From positions 93,374,001-93,438,000 of the forward strand of contig NC_087437.1 in assembly GCF_036321535.1 (NCBI RefSeq): 64,000 nt of DNA, read 5' to 3'. A program made the translations under genes and the position numbers. The notes beneath the pieces are model-generated. The model was not told the origin of the DNA. It was given only the letters and a program-made list of their open reading frames with translations, and made no database searches. This DNA comes from Camelus dromedarius. Lineage: Eukaryota. Shown here one piece after another: positions 13,751 through 26,160 of the stretch. The number at the start of each line of letters is the position of its first letter. The first letter of the stretch is position 1.

Positions 13751-14596
13751 TTGAGCTTCCTCAATTAATGCCTTCCTGGGATGCCTGGTTTTGGAAATGA
13801 CTTTTGCCATTTTGACAGAATTTAGCTTTGATACGCAAGCCGATTTGCCCTTCCCCAGCTTTCTCAGCTACCAGGCACTTGAACTTTCACTCACATTTTT
13901 CTGCTAAGCTTCTGCTGACGGGCCTCTCTAGATACCATTCAGTAGGCTGACTGAAATATAACCTCACTCCAGGTCAAATACCTTTAAGCTGAAAACCATT
14001 TCCAAGAAGGATGAAAATCTTAGATATTTCAAGTCTGTCTATTTGGCAGTGTTGAGATAAGAACAATGAGTCTTCTTTTTCTTTTCTTTTCTTTTTTTCT
14101 GTTCTGTAGCAGCCTGAGAGGAAGGAGAATTCAAATGTTCAGTAATTCTTATTTCTGCACGTACATGAAGCACAGAATGGAAAATGGCATGGGACAAATT
14201 GAGTAACCATCGTAATAATGGACAGGTGAAATATAATGTTGACAGGTTGAAGGTGTAAGGCACACTTAATAATTGTTTCAGTTAATAAAAAATCTATTTT
14301 TGACTTGAATAGTTGAGTTAATTTTACAAACCTAAACTCTCATGGATTTAGTAACCTTCGATATGCCATAGTTTAAAATTGTGCATTGATGGGTGAGAAC
14401 AAATCATTCCTAGTGAATTTCCAAAGGACTGCCTGCTAACTGGTTTTCCCCTATTATAGTGTCTCAGAAATCTCAAAATCAGAGTCTCTGCTCTGTTCTA
14501 ATCAGGCATCATCATCACAAACTCTACTTAAAATAAATATATATTCTCTATACGTGCAGAGAGAAAGGAGTGGCCACCATGCTCCCCCTTTATATA

Positions 14597-14910
14597 ATAG
14601 TTGATCTGTTTGATTACAGGCCATCTTAAAAAGCAAGAGACAGTTTCTTGGAAAATAACTCTGGCATTTTTACTGCATAGAGACAGTTTCTTGGGACATA
14701 AGTCTCAGGCATTTTTACTGCATAGAGATAACTTTGGGGAACATAAGACTCAGACATTTTTACTAGGGGTAAAGAGACAAGATGCATGACCAGAGTGAAG
14801 GTGTTGGCATAATATGACATATAAACTCTCCCAGGGTCCCCGAGGAAAATAACTTAGTTCAGAAGCTGAGAGTTGGACAAAGATTCCCCGAGAATCCTGA
14901 CATTTCTGAG
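14597..14910 (-). repeat. Inverted repeat IR-A, right arm, with an internal triplication of a ~44-bp unit
   Basis: Partner of 13526-13750. Units gagacagtttcttgg...gcatttttactgcata lie at 14637-14679, 14680-14724 and 14725-14764. Confidence 0.9.
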
Positions 14911-15899
14911 TGATTGGCAACCACCAGAGGCAAATCAGAGAATGGCTCGGCTGGCTTTGCTGGAAGGGCACAGCCTCAGCCTCTGTGAGGGTGATGCTTA
15001 GGGAAGCGGGGGAAGTGCATAAAGACAGTGAGGTAAATGCAGCCTCTCTTATAGTTTTACTTTAGCTGGCTCTGTCTTCTTTATAAAATCCCTTCCTGAG
15101 CGTTGAACTATCTCGTTTTTGCTTATTCAGTGTATTGACTTCTCCAAAGAGGACATACTTTATGAATGTTCGTAGGTGTTGGCTTGTGGCATACTTTAAA
15201 GTCACAGCTATTTTGGTCATGGGAAGAAAGAAGTGGCATACACAGATCAGAGACCTGAACCATCTAACTTGGATGGTCCATTTATTGACTTGAAATTCAC
15301 ACTATTATTCTAGGTAGTTTAAAATATAGATTTAAGATATAACTATTTCTGATATTAGAATTACTCATGAATCTCTCTCTCTCTTTTAAAGATACATGTC
15401 TGTCTTGAAACATTACACTAAATGAGTTAAAATGTGAAGCCAAAGTCTGCTTTAAATTACTTTCAACTGGGGATTTTAACTTTTGACTTTTTTCATACTC
15501 TACTTGCTCTCTAGTTTTGTTAAGCAATTACTTAAATAATTTGTATTTCTTACCTTCAGGTACTTTCTGAGTATATGACATTTATCCCTGGGCATGACAA
15601 GAACTAAGTGTTTTGTTTTTTTTTTCCATCTTAGAATATTAAATATTTCACCTTTTCTTGAGACTAAAGCATACTCCCTATTTTCAAATATTCTTCATCA
15701 GTAGCAGTAACATTTATACCAGCTCTCTCCAGGTTTTGACTGTCTTCTTGTGCTTCCTTGTTCTGGAGCTCCATCCACCATACCAGTTAAACTTTCCCTC
15801 ATTTCTGCTGGTCATCTCTGTAATCAGTCAGCTCATGATGAAGAAAACTGAGTGCAGTAATGTATCGAACATGATCATGACACTATTTTTTGTGTGACT

Positions 15900-16295
15900 G
15901 ATTTAGTTCAGTTATAGGCGAAGACAGAGGGCTGAAAATATAGCACCTCAGACAAGCTAGAACTTTACTTTGTTCTCACCTGTCTAAAGCAGAAAGTAAG
16001 GTTCCTACTGTATCATTATTCTGTCTTCCCTAGGGTATTGTAGTCAATCAACATTGAGGCTAGATTACCACCATGCTAGCATTTTAACCTTCTAGAGAAA
16101 GAAATAAGAAACTAAAGGGAAAGGGGTTTCCTTTTATGGCCGTGATACATACAACTTCATATTTCTTTGGAGAGACCTTGGTCACATGGCCACCCCTAGC
16201 CACAAGACATTTGGGAATCGTAGTCTCCAGTTGGTAGACTGTGCCCTGCTAAAACCTGGAGTTGAGTACCAGCTCTAAAAGGAAGAAAAGGGGGC
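15900..16295 (-). mobile_element. Old MaLR LTR (MLT1J/K-like)
   Basis: ttggtcacatggccacccctagccacaagacatttgggaatcgtagtct...gtgccctgctaaaa resembles the MLT1J group. Confidence 0.65.
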
Positions 16296-19200
16296 TTGAA
16301 ACTGTCATAGCCTTAAATTTCAGGCTGGCCATGTTTACATACACTTTGATGCCTCCGTCCTTCCTAATCTTTTATTTCCCTTCTCTCTTGGTTAAGACTA
16401 TTTATGAATTTATTGCACTTCTTTCAGAGAGCATGGAAGGCATGTGGCATTAAAGCATAGTTGGATTTTAAATGATATTACTTTAAGCATTAAATTGAAA
16501 GTTACTTAATTTATAAAAAATATGCTTTACTCTAAATGATTAAACACTGTATCTGTGGTCTTGGGGAAGTGCAGTGTGTGCTAAATTAAATAATCTTTTT
16601 AATTTTTTTAATTGATCAAATGATTACTCTGTACCTACCACTTGAATAGATCTGAATGTAGTACTTTGAGATGCAAACAATTTGAACACAAAGAAACTTT
16701 CCTCAAGTAATTTTTCTAACCATTGAGGATCCTCAGTGAAAAATTACCCAATAGGGCAATGATACAGGAGCTGTCACAGGACGGAAGAGATGAGAGTTTT
16801 GGTTTTTGTTTTTTAGCTACCCAGTGTGTATTTAATAGAATTCCTTCCATCACACATATTTTCAAAAGATTTCTTTCTTGGATTAGTGTTTATACTTCAT
16901 GTAGTTTGTGAAATATACCATTATAAACATACGTAATGATCATATTAGGAAATAAAAGTGCTACCTTCCATTGAGGCCTTTTCATCTAAATGATATTATA
17001 TAACCTTTGTTCTTGATTCTATTGATCGTGAAAATGGTATAATTGTAAAGTTTATAATGTCATAATATTTTTTCTCTTCTTTAATGAGACAGAAAGAATG
17101 ACTCTCAAATGTTTAATGTTTCTAATTATGTGGGAAGTTTGCTGAAAATATGTACTTAAAGACTCTACAGAGATTCTGGTGCTGTAGGTCCTGAATAAAG
17201 GCCAGGAGCCATCATTTTCCACAAGCATCCCTATTGATTGTGTGGCTGTACTTCTTTCCACATTGAAGAACTCTTGGTTTAAAGAACATAACTGTGGGAA
17301 GTTTATATGAATAGATACCACCGTTGATAGGCTTTCTTTTCATAGTTTAATTTTTTGGATACGAACAGTTTTCTTGTGAAATTGTTTCTACCACTGTGAT
17401 TGCCTCTTGCAAGAGAAAAGAATTATTCCCATTTGCCATATTAACACAAAAATCAAAGTATTTAAAATACTCATGTCTTAATAAAAACGTAAGGTTGAAG
17501 AAAATGTAAGAGGTGTGATTGATATGGTTTCTTGATATCTTTACCTATTTTGATGAGAAAAATGTTACAATGGGACAAACAAATATTTATAGCTATTAGC
17601 AATTTGGTAGCATTAGTTATCTCTTCTTTCCTGATTTTGTGTTTTGGTTATAACTTCTGTCTGAGGTTAAGGAAAAAAAGCAAGAATGCAAGAAAGAAAA
17701 AAGAAAGGAAGAAGGAAGGAAGGAAAGAAGGAAGGGAATAAAGACATAAAAGAAGAAAGAATGACCTTGAAAAACCATAGTACTTCATCTTGAGAAATCA
17801 TATGACAGTGGGCCCCATAGTCCAGCTAAATCCATGCAAATAATAAGTAAAAACACCACTGATACTTCTAGCTTCCCCTCTCCTATTCATCTCTGGCTGT
17901 GATCACTAGAAAACGCTAGCACCCAGGTTTTATTATACTGATTGTTAACACAATTTGGAAAGTATCTTATTTTATTAAAAATAGAAGTGCTACCCTGTCA
18001 TTTGTTTGAGAACTGTAATTTTTCAAGTTTGAAAGACTGTATTCAGGAACACAGTCATTGTTCTTGATTTTGAAGACCTGCCTCTGCATTTTCCCATAGC
18101 ACAGTTGGACTAATTTTAACCTTTAATTTCATTGAGTAGATAATCATCTTATAACCACGAACACCATGCTGATTTCTTGCCGGCTCTTCCCACCTTTAAC
18201 ACTACCATCATTGGTGTTTATTGACTTGAGCCTCCTGCATCACAGTACTTCATTTCAAACGGCAGAATATTTTGGGATTTTATATTCAGGATTCCATTGA
18301 TTTCTTGTCTTGACAGTTTTAATCAGATTTGGGAAAAGGGAAGATTATGTCAAGGCTATCTTCTCATCTACTGGTTAAAAATGTTATAAACACAATCATT
18401 AGAAAGCACTTTGTTTGAATAATGTATCTAAGCCTTGAGGTGGTCAATTATGCACACTGGGCATTAGCATAATATTTAGTTTTGACATCAGAAAGAATGT
18501 GTGCTGTAATTAACAGATATAACAGATAGCTCACATGACTATTTAAATACAAAGGTATTTATGTAAGTGTATGATCAGATCTTTATTTCACATCTCCATG
18601 TGATTCATATACTATTTCTTGGTCAAACTTCTACATTAAAACACCTAATACTAGTCTGAAATCCATGGGGTCTTGGTATGGGTTTCTGTGCTCTGCTTTA
18701 GTGATAAACAAAAATAGTCAGATACATTATTTCAAACGTTGTTCTTTAAAAAGGCAGTCTTTTGAAAGACTATTACCTATATTTCTATTTTGTGGTACAA
18801 CAGTGACAACCAGTGGCCGCTGGATTTCACTTTAGGCTGACAATTTATTACAGACGTTGTATATAGATTAACAAGGAGCTGTATCAAGCTTTAGTAACTT
18901 GCAACCAAAAGTAACTTGCTTCTTGCTCAGCTCAGTCTTATCTTTTACTAAAAATAGGTGGGTATCCACCATGTGTCTATTTGAGAAATCTTTTGTTTTA
19001 TTAACTAAGTATCTGAAATGTAGATTTAGATGGTTTTACTCAGCGGTCACTGCAAATGCTAACATATCGGAGGTGATTGAAAAGTTCTTAATAGGTTCAT
19101 CACATATGATATGTAATCCAAATTATCTATTATTTTTTCTTTTACCTGCAAGAGAAAGGAAGTCACTGCTAGGTATATGTGAAAAGCAGGTCAGAGCACT

Positions 19201-19554
19201 CCATGGGCAAACAGTTGGGGACTGTATAATTATTCACTACCTGAACATCCCAGATTGGTCTCATCTTCCCTTCCTAAAAGGTCCATTATTTCTTTCAAAT
19301 GGAGAGCTTAATGGAGTAAAGCTTTGCTAGATGTAATGAGCTGAATAATGTGGAGTTCAGCTTTGGATTATGGACTTTTGGAGACTCCAAGCAGTTAAAA
19401 CAAATGATTTAATCCTTGTATTTATTTTAAATTTCTCTGGATAGATCTATTTATACATTCTTGAAGCTCTCCCCGAGACACAGCAATCTGGAAATACTCT
19501 TTTTTTTTTCTCTTCCCCTCTCTGGTGTCTATGACATTTCTACTCTGTCTCAAA

Positions 19555-19555
<1 letters not shown>

Positions 19556-19597
<42 letters not shown>
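19556..19597. repeat. (CT)n microsatellite
   Basis: About 20 CT units. Confidence 0.95.
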
Positions 19598-19600
<3 letters not shown>

Positions 19601-22600
19601 TTCAAACCTTCATTTCTTCCTCACTGGCACTGCTCTAAGAGTGCTTATGGCAAATTTGCTTCTGTAATCATAACTTGAACCCATCTGGGGATGAGATTGG
19701 CTACAAGCTTAGTATTTCCACTTAACATATTCATGATTAGCATGCACAGAAGGAGTAGAATTAGGATGAATGTTTTTGGAACAGTACAGATAAATCCTCA
19801 TAAATGTAGTACAACAGCTCTGGAAACGCACAGTGCGGAAATGTAATGAAGCTGAACTCTGCTGAGAGTTTGGTATTCTCAGTACCATGCCTCTCCTAAT
19901 GAACTCATTTAGATTAGAAAATGGATTTAATATTTTATTGGAATTAACCTGAGCCAGTAAAGAGGATTACAATTTCTTTCCATAAATATAGTGATATTAC
20001 AGGGTGAGGTAGCATGTTACATGAATATTAAGCACTTCATGAACGTTGTCATGAAGCCAAAAGGTGTAAGGTGATTATATTTTAATATAGTAGTACTGTT
20101 CTTACAATAATTAAATTTGAATAGCAGTAAAGGGATATTTTAAAAAGATTTAAATCAAAATTTTGTTGCCTTTTCAGAGCTAAAATGCCATGTGATTAAA
20201 ATAAAACTCAGGATAGAACTTTTAAGTAACCAGCCTCAGCAGAAACTACATTTTCCAAAGTGGGAAATAAATAGCAAACAAACTTGGGGGAAAAAAAAGG
20301 GGGCAACTAAGATTCTGAGTTTGACTAAAGAGAAGGATTATCTCCTCACTAATCTGAAGAAAGTTTATTTACTCACTGGTGACTACTTTGGTAGATAAAC
20401 TAGCCCAAAAAAAGCTCTGCTGATTATTGGCAGGGTTCTTTTTTCCCTTTCTGTTATCTTTTGTTGTCAGTCCAGACTCAAGTCCTTTTTAGATGGTAAG
20501 TGGATGTTTTTCATCTAAAATTCACATAAGATGCATGTATAGTCTTATGAAGGAAGAAATTCATGAGAAATCAAAGGACACACACTCTTTCCCTCCCCTC
20601 AAGCCCTCTAGCCCAAAGCTACTTCCACCATTAATTTTTGTAAATCTAGCTGATGTATTCTAGGCAGGGAACTAATATCACACTTTTGTAATCTTAAGGA
20701 AAAAAAAAAATAACATGAATCTCATTCAGCCTTAAACAAAGGGCAAGCTTTGGCCCTGGAGTGCCATTTCTACCCATTCTGTAAAGTCAGCTCCTGTGCA
20801 TATGTGCACCCGAGCATTCACTGATTTTACAGGATAGGTCGCAGTGAGCATCGCGTGCTGGAGGCCGAGGTTAGGTCTCTAGGCTGTGCAGAAATCTGAT
20901 GAAAGCTGAACACACGCTATAAAGCTGTTCAGGCATGCACACAGTGAGTTGAAGAAAAACTTCCCACCCCCGCTTTGTTCCACCTACACTAGTAAAACTT
21001 TTTTTTACTTCAGTTGGGGAAAGGCATACAAAGGACTCCTCTGTGTGTGGGTTTCAAATTTTTCCAACCCATATATGCAGAGTTTCACAACTGATGCTCT
21101 TTTAAGCTTCAGTCACACTGGGGCTTTGAGGTAATGCTATTAAACTGAAGTTAAAGAAAATCAGCTGCTTGCTGAGTATGCAGGGGTCAGGGGCCAGGGA
21201 GCAGAGGGGCAGGCCCCAAATAAGAGGTGTCAACATTAGTGTTGAGCAGCTGGTGAAACGCTGTGGCAGGAAGGCTGGTGTGACCTCGCAGGGGGAAGAA
21301 CTCTTAGAGAGATGCATGCATCCTGCCAGAGTACTGACGAAGGAAAGCTTGCTTGGGGCGCGCCAGTGGGAACGGGAGGACGAGAAAACTGGGAGGAGAG
21401 GGCCTGGGAGATGGCTGAGGAGGAGAAACTGTCAGGGGATTGGAACTTGCCGGTTTCACAAAGATTTGGGACCTGCCCTTTTTGCTCCGCATTTTTTTCA
21501 CTTTTGTAGTTTTTCTTACTAATTAGCGTCTTCTGGTAGCCTCTCTCATTTCATGTCTCTTATTATCTGATACAGTAAAATATTAAGTATAATAAGATTT
21601 TTTTTACCATAATTAGTGCAGGTACCCATCTCCCTGGGGGGTGGGCCAGGATAAGGTGGTTGGAGGTAGGAAGTTATTAGCAGCCCTACAAAAATAAACA
21701 AAGAGATACCCAGAAAATCTTTAACGTTTTACATTCCCTAAAAGGATCTGGCAGCAAGATGTAGTAGGCTTTTAAACTAGGCAAATTAATTTGGAAAAGG
21801 ATTTTCTAAATTTCCTTATTGACTTCTCCTTTAATATATCAACAGTTAGCCTGGCTGACTTAGTTCGGAGATCTCTGTCAGTGTGAAGAGAAAATACTGT
21901 GTCTACAGTTTTCTACTTTCTGGTAAGAGGATAAGATACAAGAGAAATAACTTATGTCAGCAATTTCCACACCCCTGAGAATGGCCAGTGAGAAGAGAGG
22001 GAAGAGAGAGAGTTAAGAAGCTAGAAGAGTATTCTCATTTTCTCCTCTTCAGACTCATGTCTGAATAGGAGACACTGCATTAAGGAGGCAGCCTCTATCC
22101 CAGGCTGCTATTTTGGATTCCAGGAGGAGCTGATTTGCAGAATCACTTCTTCTAACCTATGAGTGGGCTTGCACCAAGTAAATTTGGCAGCTAATGGTAA
22201 ACAGACCATGCAGCCGGTGATAGAGGGCTACGTGGCTACTAGGTAACGAATGGCATTGCCCTAGAACTAGAGGAGAGAGAGAGAACAGTGCCTGCAGATG
22301 CTGCCCCATCCTTTTAATGCCAAGTTTGTTTAAATCACTCCGCTTCCCTTACACACTCTGTAGCAGGTTTAGTGGGGACTCCCGGAACAAAGATCTATCC
22401 AAGTCCTAACACTTCATACCTGTGAGTGTAGCCCTATTTGGAAGTAGAGTCTTAGAGGATGTGATTAAGATAAGAATCTTGAAATGAGATAATTCTGATT
22501 TCAGGTGGGCCTTAAATTCAATGAGTGGTTTTTTTTTGTTTTTGTTTTTTTTACTTTAAAGAGTAGTTGTTATTTCTAAATGCTAGTCTAAAATAGGTTA

Positions 22601-22610
22601 CTATATATTC

Positions 22611-23084
22611 TTTTTTTTAACTTTCTTTTATTGAGTTATAGTGATTTTACAATGTTGTGTCAATTTTCAGTGTAGAGCACAATTTTTCAGTTATACATGA
22701 ACATACATATATTCATTGTCATATTTTCTTTTTCTGCTGTGAGCTACCACAGGATCTTGTATATATTATACTTGTGCTATACAGTATAATCTTGTTTATC
22801 TATTCTACATATGCCTGTCAGTATCTACAAATTTCGAACTCCCTTCCCACCCTCCTCCCCCTTGGCAACCATAAGTTTGTATTGTATGTCTATGAGTCTG
22901 TTTCTGTTTTATATTTATGTTCATTTTTTTTTTTTTTTTAGATTCCACATATGAGCGATCTAATACGGTATTTTTCTTCTCTTTCTGGCTTACTTCTCTT
23001 AGAATGACATTCTCCACGGACATCCATGTGGTTGCAAATGGCGTTATGTTGTCATTTTTATGGCTGAATAGTATTCCATTGTAT
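22611..23084 (-). mobile_element. Young 5'-truncated L1 3' end (camelid-type)
   Basis: Poly(T), then ttgagttatagtgattttacaatgttgtgtc...tggctgaatagtattccattgtat. Closely similar to the copy at 27301. Degenerate TSD aatgagtggtttt / aatgactgttgttttt. Confidence 0.9.
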
Positions 23085-23112
23085 AATGACTGTTGTTTTT
23101 ATAAGAGTGAGG

Positions 23113-23442
23113 GGACAAATGAACTTATTTACAAAACAGAAACAGACTCACAGGCATAGAAAATAAACTTATGGTTACCAGGGGGGAAGGGATTGGGAAG
23201 GGATAAATTGAGAGCTTGGGATTTGTAGATACTAACCACTATATACAAAATAGATGAACAACAAAGTCCTACTGTATACCACAGGAAACTATATTCAATA
23301 CCTTGTATAGGCTTATAATGAAGAATATGAAAAGGAATATATATGTATATATGTATAATGAATCACTATGCTGTATGCCAGAAATTAACACAACATTGTA
23401 AAGCAACTATACTTTAATTTAAAAAAAGAAAGAATGAAAGAA
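23113..23442 (+). mobile_element. Cetartiodactyl L1 3' end (L1_Art-like), 5'-truncated
   Basis: aaatgaacttatttacaaaacagaaacagactcacag...aacacaacattgtaaagcaactatact plus an A-rich tail. TSD aagagtgagg at 23103-23112 and 23443-23452. Confidence 0.88.
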
Positions 23443-23574
23443 AAGAGTGAGGAGGGAGAGTTTTGACATATACAGATGCAGAGAGAGACACCAGGAAGAA
23501 AGCCATGCGAAGAGGGAAGCAAAGATTGAAGTCATGTTGGCATAAACCAGGGAACATTAGGAAAATACTTTGAA

Positions 23575-26160
23575 ATCAGTTTATTTATTGAAAATTGTCA
23601 TCTTTTAAACCTTTTGGTGGGGGTGTTAAAGAAATTCCAAAGAACACAGAATATACAGGCAGCATCCATATATTCACCATCCACCACCCAACTCCAGTTA
23701 TCAACTTGACCAACCTTGTTTCACACATAGTCCTTGTAACATACAAAGTCGATTCTTCAGCTCCTTATTTGTGTGCTTCTATCTCCCCACACTTGTCTCA
23801 AGACAGCAGTACCTGAGAATTTAGTAGTCCCTGGATGGCTCTTGAACAATTATTGATAGATGTGGGGCATGAAAGCATAGCTTCTATGGATTGGGTTCGC
23901 AAATCTCAAAGGTTTAATTTGTCCTCCTTACTTCCACTGCAGGGTCATGTTAAAGCTGCCTTCTGTAGAACATTCCATGAAACACCTGTTCATTCCCACT
24001 CTCGTCTGCTCTGCATGAGTGTCAGCAGGTGTGCTAACTTAACAAAATGGCCCCATAAATCTTTGTCTCCAGGTCTGCTTTTGGGGAACTTGACCTAACA
24101 CCCTCACCCACTAAAACACTGTGTTATATTGAAATAATCCCTGACATTATATAGAATCTTATCTGTATTTCAATATGTATCTCTAAAAGTTAAGGACTCC
24201 TAAAAAAGTGCATTACCATTATCGCACCTAAATATGACAATAAAGTTCTTTAATTCATAAAAATAGCAGTCCGTGTTCTAATCTACAGTTGTTTCATAAA
24301 TAAAATTGTTTACTTCATTTACTCTAAATCCAAGCAAGGTTTTCACAGTACTTTTGATTTGAAATATCTTAATTTCTTTTAATAGGAATGCTTCCTCTCC
24401 ATCTTTCTTTCTCTTTTTCTTTGACACTTGTGTGTCAGAAATAATGTCATTCTTCTTTAGAGTTACCCACAGCTCGAATTTAGCTGATTGAATCTTCATA
24501 GTATCTTGTAGTATATTTATCTGACCTCTGTGTATTATGTTTATTGGTTGAATCTAAGAGGCGATCAAATTCAGGTGTGGTGTGTTTGTTATATCTCCTT
24601 CCTTGGTGATGATATATCCTTTCATTAGAAAGCACATAATTTTGTTTCTCTGTCTGTAATTTGGTGGCCATTAATATTTAGTGTCTTTATCTGTTAATAT
24701 TTTAGGGACAACAAAATTGCAATACTTTGATTCTTTTATTTATTTTTTCTTTTATTACCTTCTAGAAACACAAATATTCATTGTCTATTTGGTTACTGTT
24801 TGGTAAAATTCACATAGAAAAGGCAGGATAAATATTTATTTTGCTCCATTTACCAGTTTTTAAAATATTAGGTTAATTAGTATACTTCAATGGCGACCAA
24901 ATATGTTTTTTTTTGTCTTTTAGTACAGTTATTAATTTGTTAATTTAAATGGATTTGATGTGTTTCCTCTATTACAGTGATTATCTTTCTTGTTATTTCT
25001 TTGGCCAGTAGAGCCCAGTCAAATTGACTTGTGTCTCCATTTGGTGTGACTAGAGTAGCCTCTGCTGTCTTCCTTGCTAAGAGTTATGAGCTCCAGGCTC
25101 AAATAGTATGTATGCAGTTTCATACCTGTAATGGACATTTTTCCAAGGAGCCCTTTTAACTTACTTATACGCAAGCGTGGGTCATTAATTTTAGGACTTA
25201 TCAGTAGTGCAAGTAGGATTACTTTTATAAGGTGAAATATATCATGAGTTCAACTGATTTTTCAATTACAATTCAAAACTGTTGAATTTATATTTAACCA
25301 TTTCTAATGTTTCAATTTAAATCTCTTCTGCCACACAGAGAATATCAGTTCCAAACATTAATAGCAATGATAGACTGAGGTTACTACATAATTGCTCATC
25401 TGCTTTATGTCATAAAATATACAAAAGTCTTCATTAACAATCACAATTTTCACCAAAAGTTTATGGAAATCAGGGTAAGTTTTTTAAAGTTAAATTACTA
25501 TATTAAAGACTTTTGAAATGGCTACTCTTTGGGTGGTTATGCCACCAACAAATTAGACAGTTTTATTTGTATATTGTTATTTGTCATGTTTTTATTTTTC
25601 AGGGTTTTTTTTTAAGTATATAAAGTTATAATGTATTCAAAGATCTTTAGCCCCTATCCCTTTTCCCTTGATCCTGTACCCTTGCCCTACATGCTATCTA
25701 TAGGTAAACATAAAAAAAAAATCCTGTTTTTCCATTTTATTTTTTTGATCAAATGTAAACATCTGTAATGACATCCTTTTCTTTTCTTAAGATGTGATAC
25801 AACATACTCACTTTTCTCTATCTTTCTTTTTTTGTCAATTAATGGTAAATCTAAGATTACACTATGGTAATATATAGAATAACACTCATTTACAGTAACA
25901 GTGCTTCGCTTTGTAGAACATGCCGTTACTTATTAAACAAGTCCTGTAATGATGGATATTTGGGTTGCTTTCACTTTTTTGCTAATATAAAGCAGTCCTT
26001 CAGTAAATAATATTGTACCTTTTTTTTCATATTGTTGCTAGTATATCTTTGGGATACCTTCCTAGAAATGAGATTGTTGAGTCAAAGGCCAAATGTATCT
26101 GTAGTTTCAATAGATATTATTAAATTTTTCTTCATAACAATTGTACCACTTTAGACAGGT
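23575..26160 (-). mobile_element. Ancient L1M (L1MC/L1ME-type) fragments with an ERVL-type LTR inserted at ~23733-24100
   Basis: T-rich L1M-like blocks (gatggatatttgggttgctttcac; ttcctagaaatgagattgttgagtcaaagg). The insert ends tctttgtctccaggtctgcttttggggaacttgacctaaca, an LTR16/33-like terminus. Confidence 0.6.

Larger units (their letters stand above)
22359..23560 (+). mobile_element. MLT1B/C-like MaLR LTR interrupted by two L1 insertions
   Basis: tgtagcaggttt...acctgtgagtgtagccctatttggaagtagagtctt...gtgggccttaaattcaatga, resuming at 23085 (aatgactgttgtttttataagag) and at 23453 (...aagccatgcgaagagggaagcaaagattgaagtcatg). Confidence 0.75.

Noticed and set aside
14637..14764. Three ~44-bp units as a CRISPR-like array
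   Set aside because: Mammalian DNA; head-to-tail units with no unique spacers.
18899..19330. 143-aa ORF
   Set aside because: Non-ATG start, no recognisable family, and composition typical of a chance ORF in AT-rich DNA.
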